A stretch of DNA of 64,000 nt, taken from Dehalococcoidia bacterium. GTDB lineage: Bacteria > Chloroflexota > Dehalococcoidia > UBA2979. The stretch covers positions 896,001 to 960,000 of the forward strand of contig CAXXDN010000001.1 of the NCBI GenBank assembly GCA_963667465.2. The letters are read 5' to 3'. Position numbers and translations under genes: made by a program. Shown piece by piece: positions 1-9,779 of this stretch (its first letter is position 1; each line of letters begins with the position of its first letter). The notes beneath the pieces were generated by a model. It searched no databases and was not told where the DNA came from. It was given only the letters and a program-made list of their open reading frames with translations.

Positions 1-1286
1 TGCTCGACTTCAGCCAGTTCGCGTTCGGGCCGGTGGCCACGCGGCTGCTGGCCGACCTCGGGGCCGACGTGATCAAGGTCGAGCCGCTCGAGGGCGACTT
101 CTCACGGCTGACGGCGGAGCCGTTCGTCGACAGCATCACCTTCATCTGCACCAACCTGAACAAGCGCAGCTTCTCCGTGAATCTCAAGGACGAGCGCGGT
201 CTCGACGCTGTGAAGCGGCTTTGCGAGCGCGCTGACGTGCTGGTCGAGAACTTCCGGCCGGGCACCATGGACCGCATGGGCCTCGGCTACGAGGAGCTCT
301 CGAAGATCAACCCGGGGCTGGTCTACGGCTCGTTCTCGATGTTCGGCGAGAGCGGCCCGCTCTCGCACCGCCGTGGCGGCGACATGTGGGCACAGGCCTT
401 CGCCGGCTTCGTGACGAGCCAGACGGACCCCGAAGGCGATCAGTCGCCGTGGGTGAATGGACATAACGTCATCGACTACGGCGGCGGCGCCATCAATGCC
501 TACTCGCTGATGGCCGCGCTCTGGCATCGCGAGCGCACCCGCAACGGCCAGAAGGTGACGAACAACCTCGTGAACACCGCCGTGCTGATGCAGTGGCCGG
601 CGATCGCCCACTACCTCTCCGAGGGCATCGAGTTCCGCAAGGAGGGCCGTGGCGGGGTGCGCTCGCGCTTCCCCTACGCCGCCTACCCGGCGAGCGACGG
701 CTACGTGCTGACGATCTTCGGGCAGGACGACACGGAGTGGCGCATCGTCTGCGAGATCCTCGAGATCGAGCACGTGCTGGACGACCCCCGCTACGACACG
801 GTCGAGAAGCGCAACGCCGCGCGCCTCGAGCTCTACCCGGTGCTCGACGAGGCGTTCTCGAAGCGCACCCGCGTGGAGTGGCAGGAAGCGTTCCGCGCGC
901 GCCAGCTGCGCTGCGACCCCTGCCTGAACTACGAGGAGTTCACGACGCACGGCCAGTTCATCGAGAACTCGATGGCGGTCACCGTGGACGACCCGCGTGA
1001 CGGCGAGCTGGTGATGCCCGCCAGCCCCGTGCGCTTCAGCAACTTCCCGCCGCCGCAGACGGCCAACCACTCGCCGATCCTCGGCGAGCACACGGAGCAG
1101 GTGCTCGCCGAACTGGGCTACGGCGACGACGAGATCGAGACGCTGTCCGAGGAGGGCGCCGTCGGCGTGCCGCTGCCGGACATGTTCACGGCGCAGCGGC
1201 AGCTGGTCGGCAAGGACGCACGCCAGCGCGGCGTCTTCAAGAGCACCAAGCTGGAGCGCGAGCAGCAGCAGGAGGCCTCCTCCTGA
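1..1286 (+). CDS. CoA-transferase family III (CaiB/BaiF), 5' truncated by window edge
   Basis: Frame is open to the window start (LDFSQFAFGPVATRLLADLGADVIKVE); motifs NLNKRS and ENFRPG; catalytic-type Asp in VIDYGGG. Confidence 0.93.
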   Translation, partial: LDFSQFAFGPVATRLLADLGADVIKVEPLEGDFSRLTAEPFVDSITFICTNLNKRSFSVNLKDERGLDAVKRLCERADVLVENFRPGTMDRMGLGYEELSKINPGLVYGSFSMFGESGPLSHRRGGDMWAQAFAGFVTSQTDPEGDQSPWVNGHNVIDYGGGAINAYSLMAALWHRERTRNGQKVTNNLVNTAVLMQWPAIAHYLSEGIEFRKEGRGGVRSRFPYAAYPASDGYVLTIFGQDDTEWRIVCEILEIEHVLDDPRYDTVEKRNAARLELYPVLDEAFSKRTRVEWQEAFRARQLRCDPCLNYEEFTTHGQFIENSMAVTVDDPRDGELVMPASPVRFSNFPPPQTANHSPILGEHTEQVLAELGYGDDEIETLSEEGAVGVPLPDMFTAQRQLVGKDARQRGVFKSTKLEREQQQEASS

Positions 1287-2524
1287 CCACCGCGGACGGC
1301 GAGGGCGCGCCCGCAGGGGGCCTGCTGGAAGGCGTCACGGTCGTCGAGTACGGCCGCCTCTTCGCCGCGCCCTACACCGGCAAGCTGCTCGCCGACCTCG
1401 GCGCCGAGGTGATCAAGGTCGAGCACCCCGAGGGCGACCCGGCGCGGGCGGTCCCGCCCTACGCGGGCGACATCGAGGACCGCGAGCGCAGCCTCGCCTT
1501 CATGCACTTCAACACCAACAAGCTCGGCGTCAGCCTCGACATCGAGTCGGAGCAGGGCCGCGCGCTGCTGTTCGAGCTGCTCGCCGACGCGGACGTCTTC
1601 CTCGAAGACCTCTCGCCCGCCGATGCGGAGCGGCTGGGGCTGGACTACCCGAGCCTCGAGGATCGCTTCCCGCAGCTGATCGTCGCCGCGATCACGCCCT
1701 TCGGCTCGACCGGGCCGCAGCGCGACTACCGCGCCGAGGACCTCAACCTCTACATGTACGGCGGCGATGGCTTCACCAACCCCGGCGCCCTCGCCTACGA
1801 CACGCACCCCGACCGCGAGCCGGTGAAGCTGCCCTACGCGGCGGGCGAGGCGATCTCCGGCACCAGCGCCGCGCTCGCGATTGCGGCGGCGCTGTTCGTG
1901 CAGCCGCTGGCCGGCGGACAGTTCATCGACCTCTCGAGGCAGGAGGCGCACGTCTCGGTGATGCACCGCTTCCAGATGCGCAGCTACCTGACGGGCGGGA
2001 TCTACGAGACGCGGCCGACGAACAAGCACGCCTACGGCGACTGCGTGCCCTGCAAGGACGGCTACATCGTTGTCTACGCTGCGCAGAACCACCACTGGAA
2101 GATGCTCGTCGAGCTGATGGGCGAGCCGGAGTGGGCGCTCGACCCGGAGTTCGAGACGCAGGCCGGGCGCGCCGCCCGCGGCGACGAGATCCAGCGCGGC
2201 ATGGAGGAGTGGGCGAAGGACATCCCCGGCGAGGAGATCTACCGCGCCGCCCAGCGCCTCGGCGCGCCGATCGGACGCTTCCTCAACCTCGATGACGTCT
2301 CGACCTCGGAGCACGAGCGGGCGCGCGGCTTCTTCGTTGACGGCTACCACCCGATTGCCGGGGAGGCGGAGTATCCGCTGCAGCTCTTCCGCGCGACCGA
2401 GGATTCGCCGCAGTTCCGCCGCGCCGCCCCGCTGCTCGGCGAGCACAACCGCGAGGTGATCTGCGGGCGGCTCGGCCGCACGGCGCGCCAGCTGGACGTG
2501 CTGCGGCAGTCCGGCGTGGTGTAG
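1283..2524 (+). CDS. CoA-transferase family III, probable CTG start
   Basis: Family N-terminus LLEGVTVVEYG..APYTGKLLADLGAEVIKVE lies upstream of the 1409 GTG; AGGAGG at 1270-1275, in-frame CTG at 1283 overlapping the previous stop (CTGA). Confidence 0.88.
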   Translation: MTTADGEGAPAGGLLEGVTVVEYGRLFAAPYTGKLLADLGAEVIKVEHPEGDPARAVPPYAGDIEDRERSLAFMHFNTNKLGVSLDIESEQGRALLFELLADADVFLEDLSPADAERLGLDYPSLEDRFPQLIVAAITPFGSTGPQRDYRAEDLNLYMYGGDGFTNPGALAYDTHPDREPVKLPYAAGEAISGTSAALAIAAALFVQPLAGGQFIDLSRQEAHVSVMHRFQMRSYLTGGIYETRPTNKHAYGDCVPCKDGYIVVYAAQNHHWKMLVELMGEPEWALDPEFETQAGRAARGDEIQRGMEEWAKDIPGEEIYRAAQRLGAPIGRFLNLDDVSTSEHERARGFFVDGYHPIAGEAEYPLQLFRATEDSPQFRRAAPLLGEHNREVICGRLGRTARQLDVLRQSGVV

Positions 2525-2549
2525 CGGTGCGAGGGAGCAGGGTGCGGCG

Positions 2550-3809
2550 ATGACGAACGACAGCCTCCCGCGGCGACCCCTCGAGGGCGTGCGCATCGTC
2601 GATTTCACGCATGTGCTGGTCGGCGGCTACTGCTCGCTGATGTGGTCCTCGCTGGGCGCGGAGTGCATCAAGATCGAGAGCAGCGCGCGACGTGACCCGG
2701 TGCGCACGCGCTCCGGCCGAAGCGCCGCGCAGGATCGCACGCAGGGGCAGATGTCCGTGCGCCGCGCGCGCGGCGGCCTCGACGAGTTCGGGCTCAACAA
2801 GCGCAGCGTCACGCTGAACCTCACGGAGCCGCGGGCCATCGAGCTTGCGAAGCGCCTCGTCGCCGTAAGCGACATGGTCGGCGAGAACTTCCGGCCGGGC
2901 GTGCTCGAGCGCAGGGGCCTCGGCTGGGAGGTGCTGAGCGAGGTCAACCCCGGGCTGGTCTACATCTCGATGTCCGCGGGCGGCGGCTACGGGCCGGACC
3001 GTGAGGACGCCGGGTACGCCTCGGTCTTCGCGGCGATGAGCGGCTTCAGCTCGATGTGGGGCTATGAGGACGGCCCGCCCGTGCTGTTCCGCCTGCCCTC
3101 CGACATGTGCGCCGGCGCGATGGGCGCCTTCGTCTCGATTGCGGCGCTGGTGCGCGCGAAGCGCACGGGCCGAGGGCAGCACATCGACCTCGCGAACCGC
3201 GAGACGCTCGCCTCCTACCTCGGCGACGCCTTCCTCGACTACTCCTACAACGGCCGCGTGCCGGCGCGGCGCGGCAACCGCCATCCGGCGTGGGCTCCGC
3301 ACGGCGTCTACCCGAGCGCGGGCGAGCACGAGGGCGGGCGCTGGATCACGATCGCCGTCACCTCGGACGAGGAGTGGCGCGCGCTGGCCCGCGCGATGGG
3401 CGACCCGGCGTGGGCGAGCGATCCGCGCTACGAGAGCGCCGCGGGCCGCCTCGCGGACCAGGACGCGCTGGACCGGCGGATCGGCGAGTGGACGGCGGAC
3501 CAGGACTGCTTCGAGTTGATGGAGCGCCTCCAGGCGGTCGGCGTGGCGGCCACGCCGGTCGGCTACCCGGAGGATGTGGCGTCCAGCCCGCAGCTCGAGG
3601 CGCGCGGCGCCTGGCGCGAGGTGGAACTACCGCAGGACGGCGGCACGACGCGCTGGTTCTCGCCCCCGTGGCGCTTCTCCAGGACGCCGACGGACATCCT
3701 TGAGCCGGCCCCGGAGATGGGCGAGGCGAACCACTACGTGTTCTGCGAGCTGCTCGGCATGGACGAGGACGAGGTGGAGCAGCTCAGCGCCGAGGGCGTA
3801 ATCGCGTAA
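2550..3809 (+). CDS. CoA-transferase family III
   Basis: PLEGVRIVDFT, LGAECIKIE, NKRSVTLNL, ENFRPG, PSDMCAG, PHGVYP motifs. Confidence 0.93.
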   Translation: MTNDSLPRRPLEGVRIVDFTHVLVGGYCSLMWSSLGAECIKIESSARRDPVRTRSGRSAAQDRTQGQMSVRRARGGLDEFGLNKRSVTLNLTEPRAIELAKRLVAVSDMVGENFRPGVLERRGLGWEVLSEVNPGLVYISMSAGGGYGPDREDAGYASVFAAMSGFSSMWGYEDGPPVLFRLPSDMCAGAMGAFVSIAALVRAKRTGRGQHIDLANRETLASYLGDAFLDYSYNGRVPARRGNRHPAWAPHGVYPSAGEHEGGRWITIAVTSDEEWRALARAMGDPAWASDPRYESAAGRLADQDALDRRIGEWTADQDCFELMERLQAVGVAATPVGYPEDVASSPQLEARGAWREVELPQDGGTTRWFSPPWRFSRTPTDILEPAPEMGEANHYVFCELLGMDEDEVEQLSAEGVIA

Positions 3810-3963
3810 CGCCGCCTCGAAGGCCCCGCTGGGCGCCCTGCGGGATGCGGGAATCGCGCATAGTTGCTACCTTTGACGATGCAGGGCGGGGTTCGCGTGC
3901 AGGCTTGTGACGCCCACCCCACGCCTTCCCGCAACGTCGTGCCCGGACAAGGGAAACGAAACG

Positions 3964-5133
3964 ATGACGACGACCGCGAGTGAGCCGACGGCGAGCGACC
4001 CCACCACTAACGGTGCGGCCTCGAACGGGGCGCAGGCCGAGGGGCCGTTCGATGAGCTGATGAGCTTCGCGCAGGAGCGAGGCTACAAGCTCGACTGGCT
4101 GCGCAAGGCCGAGATCTGGGGCTCCGGCGAGGAGTCCGACCTCAGCCGAGGCGGCCTGCTGCTGCAGGATCTCGCGGGCAGCGATCCCGCCGAGGTGCCC
4201 GACAAGAGCGACAACCTGACCGGCCGCCCTCGTGGCACGCAGCCTCGCAAGGTCGCGCCGCGCGTCGGCAACTACCGCGTCCGCACGAAGGCGGACATCT
4301 GGCTGCGCAACGCCGCCGAGCTCTACGAGGAGGCTGTGCAGCGCCAGTGGTCCTCGGCGACCGACATCCCCTGGCACACCCTCACCGAGCTGCCCGACGA
4401 CATCGAGGCCGCCGAGTGCAAGCTGGCGACGTTCCTGACGGAGATCGAGTTCGTCGCCGGCGACGTGCCCGGCCGCTGGATCTCCGAGATCACGCCCGAG
4501 TATTTCGAGCCGCGCATGTTCCTGATCTCGCAGGTCGTGGACGAGGCGCGCCACCTCGATGTCTTCCGCAAGCGCGCCCTCGCCAACGGCGGCGGGCTGC
4601 TGGAGCGCAACCCGCGCGCCGGCAGCGATGTCTTCGCCGGCACCATCGACAGCGCCCGCGACTTCACGGAGATGTCGGCCAAGCTGCACATCTCCGGCGA
4701 GGGCTCCGTGCTGACGATCTTCCGCATGGGCGAGCGCATGGCCTACAACGACGCCGAGAAGATGATCTATCGCCTCGCCGCCTCCGATGAGGCGCGGCAC
4801 GTCGCCTTCGGCGTGATGCATCTGCAGTACCTCGGCCAGGCGATGCCGGAGCGGCGCGAGGAGATCCACTCCTATCTGGACGAGGCGGAGCGGGGGCTGA
4901 TCGCCGGGACGAACCAGAACCCGGCCGCGAACGCGAACCCCTCGAACGCCGCGCTTTCCGTTCTGCTCGGCGGCGGCAAGGACAAGATCGAAGAGGGCCA
5001 GCAGCTCGCGCTCGCGATGCGGCAGCGCCAGGTCAAGGAGTACGTCCAGCGCGTGACCGTCGCCGGCTTCGGCGAGCGTTTCGAAGAAGGCCGGGCCGCG
5101 GGCGAGTTGCTCCGCGCCTACGCCAATGCCTAG
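3964..5133 (+). CDS. Ferritin-like diiron protein (putative catalytic subunit)
   Basis: Two DEARH motifs (VVDEARH, ASDEARH) plus upstream acidic ligands (TEIE, SGEG); ATG at 3964 chosen after AAGGGA. Confidence 0.82.
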   Translation: MTTTASEPTASDPTTNGAASNGAQAEGPFDELMSFAQERGYKLDWLRKAEIWGSGEESDLSRGGLLLQDLAGSDPAEVPDKSDNLTGRPRGTQPRKVAPRVGNYRVRTKADIWLRNAAELYEEAVQRQWSSATDIPWHTLTELPDDIEAAECKLATFLTEIEFVAGDVPGRWISEITPEYFEPRMFLISQVVDEARHLDVFRKRALANGGGLLERNPRAGSDVFAGTIDSARDFTEMSAKLHISGEGSVLTIFRMGERMAYNDAEKMIYRLAASDEARHVAFGVMHLQYLGQAMPERREEIHSYLDEAERGLIAGTNQNPAANANPSNAALSVLLGGGKDKIEEGQQLALAMRQRQVKEYVQRVTVAGFGERFEEGRAAGELLRAYANA

Positions 5134-5148
5134 GCGCCAGCGGTACGC

Positions 5149-6297
5149 ATGACGACACAATCACGCCAGGACGAGGCGCCGAGCCACGACGAGGCGCCGC
5201 AGCAGAGCGGGCCAGACCTCAGTTCGCCGCTCGCGGCCTCCTACTACACCGACTTCAGCTGGATGAAGCGCTCCCGCCAGTGGGGCACCCGCGCTCCGCG
5301 CGGCCCCGGCGGCGTGACGCTCGATGGCATCAACATCGGCGTCTACGGGGATCTCCCGGACAACTGGGATGAGCCCTCGAGGATGCCGCGCGGCGCCTAC
5401 CCGGTGTCCGGCGCGGTACCGCTGGGCCCGGCCTTCATCAGCCAGAAGTCGCGCCAGTGGGCCGATCACGCCCCCCACCTCTATGAGGAGTCGATCTCGC
5501 GCCGCTGGTCCACGGCTACGGACGTGCCGTGGGAGACCGCCCGCGATCTCCCGCACGACGTCGAGCTGGCAATGTGCCAGGTCGCGACCGAGCTGAGCCA
5601 CATCGGCTCGATCGAGGCGGAGGTCGTGTCCTCGTGGCTGGAGCTGCTCAGCTACGGCTTCCACGAGGTGAAGCTCTGCCTCTCCCGGCAGGTCTTCGAG
5701 TCCGCCCGCCAGTTCGAGGGCTGGCGCAAGCGCGCCCTGCTCAACGTCGACCAGCTCGGCCTCGAGAGCCCCGGCTGGGCGAACCGCATGCTGCTCGAGA
5801 GCCGAGTCGGCTGGACGGAGACCTGCCTGGCGCTGCACGTGCTGCGCGGCAGCTATCTACTGACGCTGCTCCGCTACCTCGCGGCCTACGGGCCCAGCGA
5901 GGCGGATCGCGCGCTGGCCGGCGGGATGGTGGCGGACAAGGCGCGGCACCTCGCCTACGGCATGGAGCACTCGCGCTACGCGCTCGGCAGCGAGCCGGAC
6001 TTCCGGGACTCCTGGAACCGCGCGCTGGTCGGGGCCGAGGCGGCCGTCAACCGCGACGAGGACGACCACGTGCTGCAGGAGGCGCTCGCGATCGTCTTCG
6101 GCGGCGGCGTGCGGAACATGGACCAGGGCATGCAGCTCGTGCGCCGGATGCGGCGCGACTGGACCCGCGCCTACCTCGCGCGCATGAACTGGATCGGCCT
6201 CGACCGCGATCCGTGGCTCACCCCGAGGATGCGCGAGAACTTCGAGGAGCCGGGCACGAACGGTACGGCGGACGCAGCCGGCGAGGCGGCGGGCTAG
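5149..6297 (+). CDS. Ferritin-like protein paralog with degenerate iron ligands
   Basis: Aligns by eye with the preceding gene (LYEE..RRWS.ATD.PW, RKRAL), but motifs read FESARQ and ADKARH. Confidence 0.78.
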   Translation: MTTQSRQDEAPSHDEAPQQSGPDLSSPLAASYYTDFSWMKRSRQWGTRAPRGPGGVTLDGINIGVYGDLPDNWDEPSRMPRGAYPVSGAVPLGPAFISQKSRQWADHAPHLYEESISRRWSTATDVPWETARDLPHDVELAMCQVATELSHIGSIEAEVVSSWLELLSYGFHEVKLCLSRQVFESARQFEGWRKRALLNVDQLGLESPGWANRMLLESRVGWTETCLALHVLRGSYLLTLLRYLAAYGPSEADRALAGGMVADKARHLAYGMEHSRYALGSEPDFRDSWNRALVGAEAAVNRDEDDHVLQEALAIVFGGGVRNMDQGMQLVRRMRRDWTRAYLARMNWIGLDRDPWLTPRMRENFEEPGTNGTADAAGEAAG

Positions 6298-6298
6298 C

Positions 6299-6595
6299 GT
6301 GCCGATCCACGTCTACGAGTGCGATGCCTGCGCGTGCCGCTTCGAGGCGCTCGTGCGTGGCGACCGCGAGCCCTCGGGCTGCACCGAGTGCGGCTCGCCA
6401 CAGATCGAGCGGATGATCTCGCCGTTCGCGATCACGCGCCGCGAGGTCGACCAGATTCGCGACCTCGACCCCAAGTACAAGCAGATCGTCGACGACCTGA
6501 TCGCGTCGACGCCGGACGCGGAGCCGATGCGGCACCTCGAGCGACTGACCTCGTTCGACGAGGCCGATGATCCCGGCGAACCGATCGAGTTCTAG
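6299..6595 (+). CDS. FmdB-family zinc-ribbon protein
   Basis: MPIHVYECDAC...FE...CTECGS..IERMIS pattern. Confidence 0.85.
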   Translation: MPIHVYECDACACRFEALVRGDREPSGCTECGSPQIERMISPFAITRREVDQIRDLDPKYKQIVDDLIASTPDAEPMRHLERLTSFDEADDPGEPIEF

Positions 6596-6623
6596 ACGGC
6601 AACGGAATGGCAGGAGTGGCGTA

Positions 6624-7049
6624 GTGACAGTGTTGACCTTTCCCTCCGTGGAGTGGCTGCAAGCGCTTGCGGACCTGGCGAACGAAGACGAGGACTTCCA
6701 GAAGATCGGCCGCCTCGACGCGGTCGTCGGCCTGCGTATCGGCGCTGCGAGTTACCGGCTCACCTTCGAGGTGCTGACCTGCACCGACGTGCGCGAGGCG
6801 GACGACGAGGAGCTGGGCGAGGCCGACTTCGTGATCAACATGCCGGCGGGGATGTGGCAGGAGATGATCGACGACATCCGCGCGAACGGGCGGGCGACGG
6901 GCGATCACACGCTCAACTCGCTGGACCTGAGCATGGATGACCCGATCCACAGCAACGAGCAGGGCGACGGCTACCGGGCGGACAAGTTCTTCCGCTACAA
7001 CCCCAGCCTGCAGCGCTTCTTCGACAACGTCGCCCGCCTCGACGCCTGA
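6624..7049 (+). CDS. SCP2 sterol-binding-like / conserved small protein
   Basis: FPSVEW..L...N.D..F motif; AGGAG 7 nt before GTG 6624. Confidence 0.65.
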   Translation: MTVLTFPSVEWLQALADLANEDEDFQKIGRLDAVVGLRIGAASYRLTFEVLTCTDVREADDEELGEADFVINMPAGMWQEMIDDIRANGRATGDHTLNSLDLSMDDPIHSNEQGDGYRADKFFRYNPSLQRFFDNVARLDA

Positions 7050-7114
7050 CGGCGGCGGCAACGCACAAACGCGAGCAACACGAAGGTCCGACGCAGGAGA
7101 GGCGAGAGCAGCGC

Positions 7115-8293
7115 ATGGCGAAGATCGTCGAGGTGACGCCGTTCAAGGTGGGCCTGGAAGTCGAGAACATCACGGGCCGCGAGCGCCCTCGCCGCGGTGG
7201 CATGGTGATCGTGCGGATCCGCACTGACGACGGCATGGAGGGCTTCGGCGAGGGTAGCCTCCCGCACAAGGCGCGCGCGGTCGCCGGCGCAGTCGAGGAC
7301 TTCGCGGAGTACCTCGTCGGGCAGGACGACAGCCTGATCGAGCGCCACTGGCAGGTGCTCTACCGCAACGTCTTCCAGCGCGGCGGCGTGATCATGATGA
7401 CCGCCCAGAGCGCCATCGATCAGGCGTTGTGGGATATTGCAGGCAAGCGCTTCGGCGTGCCGATCTGGCAACTCATGGGCGGCGCGGTGCGCGATCGCAT
7501 CCTGCTCTACACCCACCCCGGAGGCTGGGACCGCGACCTGGTCGTCCAGCACTCGCTGGAGCGTGTCGAGGAGGGCTACCGCGCCCTCAAGCTGACGATC
7601 GCCCCGTCTCCGGAGCCGATCCGCGACACGCCACTGGTGGAGGCCAGCTACGAGCTGGTCGCCGCTGTCCGTGAGGCAGTCGGCCCCGACGTCAAGCTGA
7701 TGCTGGACTGCCACGGGAAGCTCTCGCCGACCGTCGCGATCGAGCTCGGGCACGCGCTCGAGCCGCTGGACCTGCTCTTCCTCGAGGAGCCGGTGCCGCC
7801 GCGCAACGTCGAGGCGATGCTGCTGGTCCGGAATGCGGTCACGGTCCCTCTCGCAACCGGTGAGCGGATGTACAACCGCTGGGACTTCCGCACGACGATC
7901 GAGTCGCAGGCCGTCGCCGTGCTGCAGCCGGATCTCGGCCACGCGGGCGGCATCTCCGAGACGCGCCGCATCGCGGCAGCGGCGGAGACCTACTTCATGG
8001 GCATCGCCCCGCACAACCCTCGAGGGCCGGGGGTGACGCTGGCGAGCCTGCAGATCGGGGCCTGCACGCCCAACTTCATCATCCAGGAGTCGGCGATCCC
8101 CCGCGGCGGGAGCAGTGAACTCTGGGACGCAATGCTCGTCGAGCCACTGTCGGTCAGCGACGGCTACGTCGACCTGCCGCGCGCGCCCGGCCTCGGCATC
8201 ACGTTCGACGAGGCGCTGCTCGACCGCTTCCCCTACACGGGCGCCGACACGGCTCACCCGACCGTTGCCGACGGGGGAGTTGGCGACTGGTAA
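7115..8293 (+). CDS. Mandelate racemase/galactonate dehydratase-like enolase-superfamily enzyme (copy 1)
   Basis: GFGE, SAIDQALWDIAGK, LDCHG, FLEEP, TGER, QPDLGHAGG, APHNP. Confidence 0.93.
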   Translation: MAKIVEVTPFKVGLEVENITGRERPRRGGMVIVRIRTDDGMEGFGEGSLPHKARAVAGAVEDFAEYLVGQDDSLIERHWQVLYRNVFQRGGVIMMTAQSAIDQALWDIAGKRFGVPIWQLMGGAVRDRILLYTHPGGWDRDLVVQHSLERVEEGYRALKLTIAPSPEPIRDTPLVEASYELVAAVREAVGPDVKLMLDCHGKLSPTVAIELGHALEPLDLLFLEEPVPPRNVEAMLLVRNAVTVPLATGERMYNRWDFRTTIESQAVAVLQPDLGHAGGISETRRIAAAAETYFMGIAPHNPRGPGVTLASLQIGACTPNFIIQESAIPRGGSSELWDAMLVEPLSVSDGYVDLPRAPGLGITFDEALLDRFPYTGADTAHPTVADGGVGDW

Positions 8294-8342
8294 GCGCTGC
8301 CTCCTCGGTGGCTACGCGGCGCCCGCCAGGCTCTTCGGGCCT

Positions 8343-8402
8343 GCACGCCCCTCCCCGTCGTTCCGCACGCCCCTCCCGTCATTCTGGCGAAAGCCGAAAT
8401 CC
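8343..8402 (+). repeat. Short direct repeat plus REP-like hairpin
   Basis: GCACGCCCCTCCC(C)GTC occurs twice, followed by GTCATTCTGGCGAAAGCCGAAATCC (GTCATT..GCGAAAGC..AATCC REP type). Confidence 0.45.
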
Positions 8403-8520
8403 CGGTACGCCAGCCCACTGCGCGGCGACCAATCGTGGTTGCAGGCTAGCGTCCTCGGGAGCGGATCCCGGCTGCCTTACCCTCGCGCTCAAGACAGGCC
8501 GATGCGCCGCCAGCGCGGGT

Positions 8521-8549
8521 TTGACTGTGCCGCAAGCCGCGCGTATCAA
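8521..8549 (+). promoter_or_regulatory. Putative sigma70 promoter for the second dehydratase operon
   Basis: TTGACT-17 bp-TATCAA; CTGATCAG palindrome just downstream; AAGGAGG RBS before ATG 8591. Confidence 0.45.
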
Positions 8550-8590
8550 CAGGTCTGATCAGCAATCAGCTTGCGAATCAAGGAGGAGCG

Positions 8591-9769
8591 ATGTCGCGCA
8601 TCGTCGAAGTGCGTCCGTTCATGGTCAACTTCCAACAGGGCACCGGCGGGGATCAGGCCCGCTACGGGGGCCGCGGCAACATGATGATCGTGCGGATCCG
8701 CACGGACGACGGCCTCGAGGGCTTCGGTGAGGGCACCCTCCCGCACAAGACGCGGGCGGTCGCCGGTGCTGTCGAGGACTTCGCGGAGTACCTCGTCGGC
8801 CAGGACGACAGCCTGATCGAGCGTCACTGGCAAGTGCTCTACCGCAACAGCTTCCAGCGCGGCGGCGTGGTCCTGATGACCGCGCAGAGCGCGATCGACC
8901 AGGCGCTGTGGGACATCGCCGGGAAGCGCTTCGGCGTGCCGGTCTGGCAGCTCATGGGCGGCGCCGTCCGCGACCGCATCCTGCTCTACACCCATCCCGG
9001 CGGCAACAGCCGCGATGAGATCGTCGATCGCACCCTTCAGCGCATCGAGGAGGGCTACCGCGCCTTCAAGACCGGGATTCCCGGCACGGCTGAGTGGATC
9101 AGCGACCGCAAGAAGGTGCAAGAGACGTACGAGAACATCGCCGCCGTGCGCGACGCCGTCGGCGACGACATGAAGGTCATGGTCGACGCGCACGGCAAGC
9201 AGTCGCCGACCGTGGCGATCGAGATCGCCAACGCCCTCGAGCCGCTGGACCTGCTGTTCTTCGAGGAGCCGGTGCCGCCGCGCAACGTCGACGCGATGCT
9301 GCTGGTCTCGGCGGCTACGAACGTGCCGCTGGCCACGGGCGAGCGGATGTACAACCGCTGGGACTTCCGCACGACGATCGAGTCGCAGGCCGTCTCGGTG
9401 CTGCAGCCGGACCTCGGCCACGCGGGGGGCATCTCCGAGACGCGCCGCATCGCGGCGGCGGCGGAGACCTACTTCATGGGCATCGCGCCGCACAACCCTC
9501 GAGGGCCGGGCGTGACGCTGGCGAGCCTGCACATCGCGGCCTGCACGCCCAACTTCATCATCCAGGAGAGCTCGATCCCGATCGGCGGCGACGAGCTCTG
9601 GGACGAGATGCTGGTGGAGCCGCTCGTCGTGAAGGATGGCTACGTCGACCTGCCGCAGGCGCCGGGCATCGGCATCACGTTCGACGAGTCGATCGCGGAG
9701 CGCTATCCGTTCCAGGGCCGCGATACGGGTCACCCGGTGCTCGCCGACGGCAGCGTCGGCGACTGGTAG
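8591..9769 (+). CDS. Mandelate racemase/galactonate dehydratase-like enzyme (copy 2)
   Basis: Same motifs as copy 1; long near-identical tracts. Confidence 0.93.
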   Translation: MSRIVEVRPFMVNFQQGTGGDQARYGGRGNMMIVRIRTDDGLEGFGEGTLPHKTRAVAGAVEDFAEYLVGQDDSLIERHWQVLYRNSFQRGGVVLMTAQSAIDQALWDIAGKRFGVPVWQLMGGAVRDRILLYTHPGGNSRDEIVDRTLQRIEEGYRAFKTGIPGTAEWISDRKKVQETYENIAAVRDAVGDDMKVMVDAHGKQSPTVAIEIANALEPLDLLFFEEPVPPRNVDAMLLVSAATNVPLATGERMYNRWDFRTTIESQAVSVLQPDLGHAGGISETRRIAAAAETYFMGIAPHNPRGPGVTLASLHIAACTPNFIIQESSIPIGGDELWDEMLVEPLVVKDGYVDLPQAPGIGITFDESIAERYPFQGRDTGHPVLADGSVGDW

Positions 9770-9779
9770 GAGGCACGAG

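Noticed and set aside
8347-8356. GCCCCTCCCC identical to the bridge RNA left target guide
   Set aside because: Not followed by the core T or TCTCCC, so not a complete target
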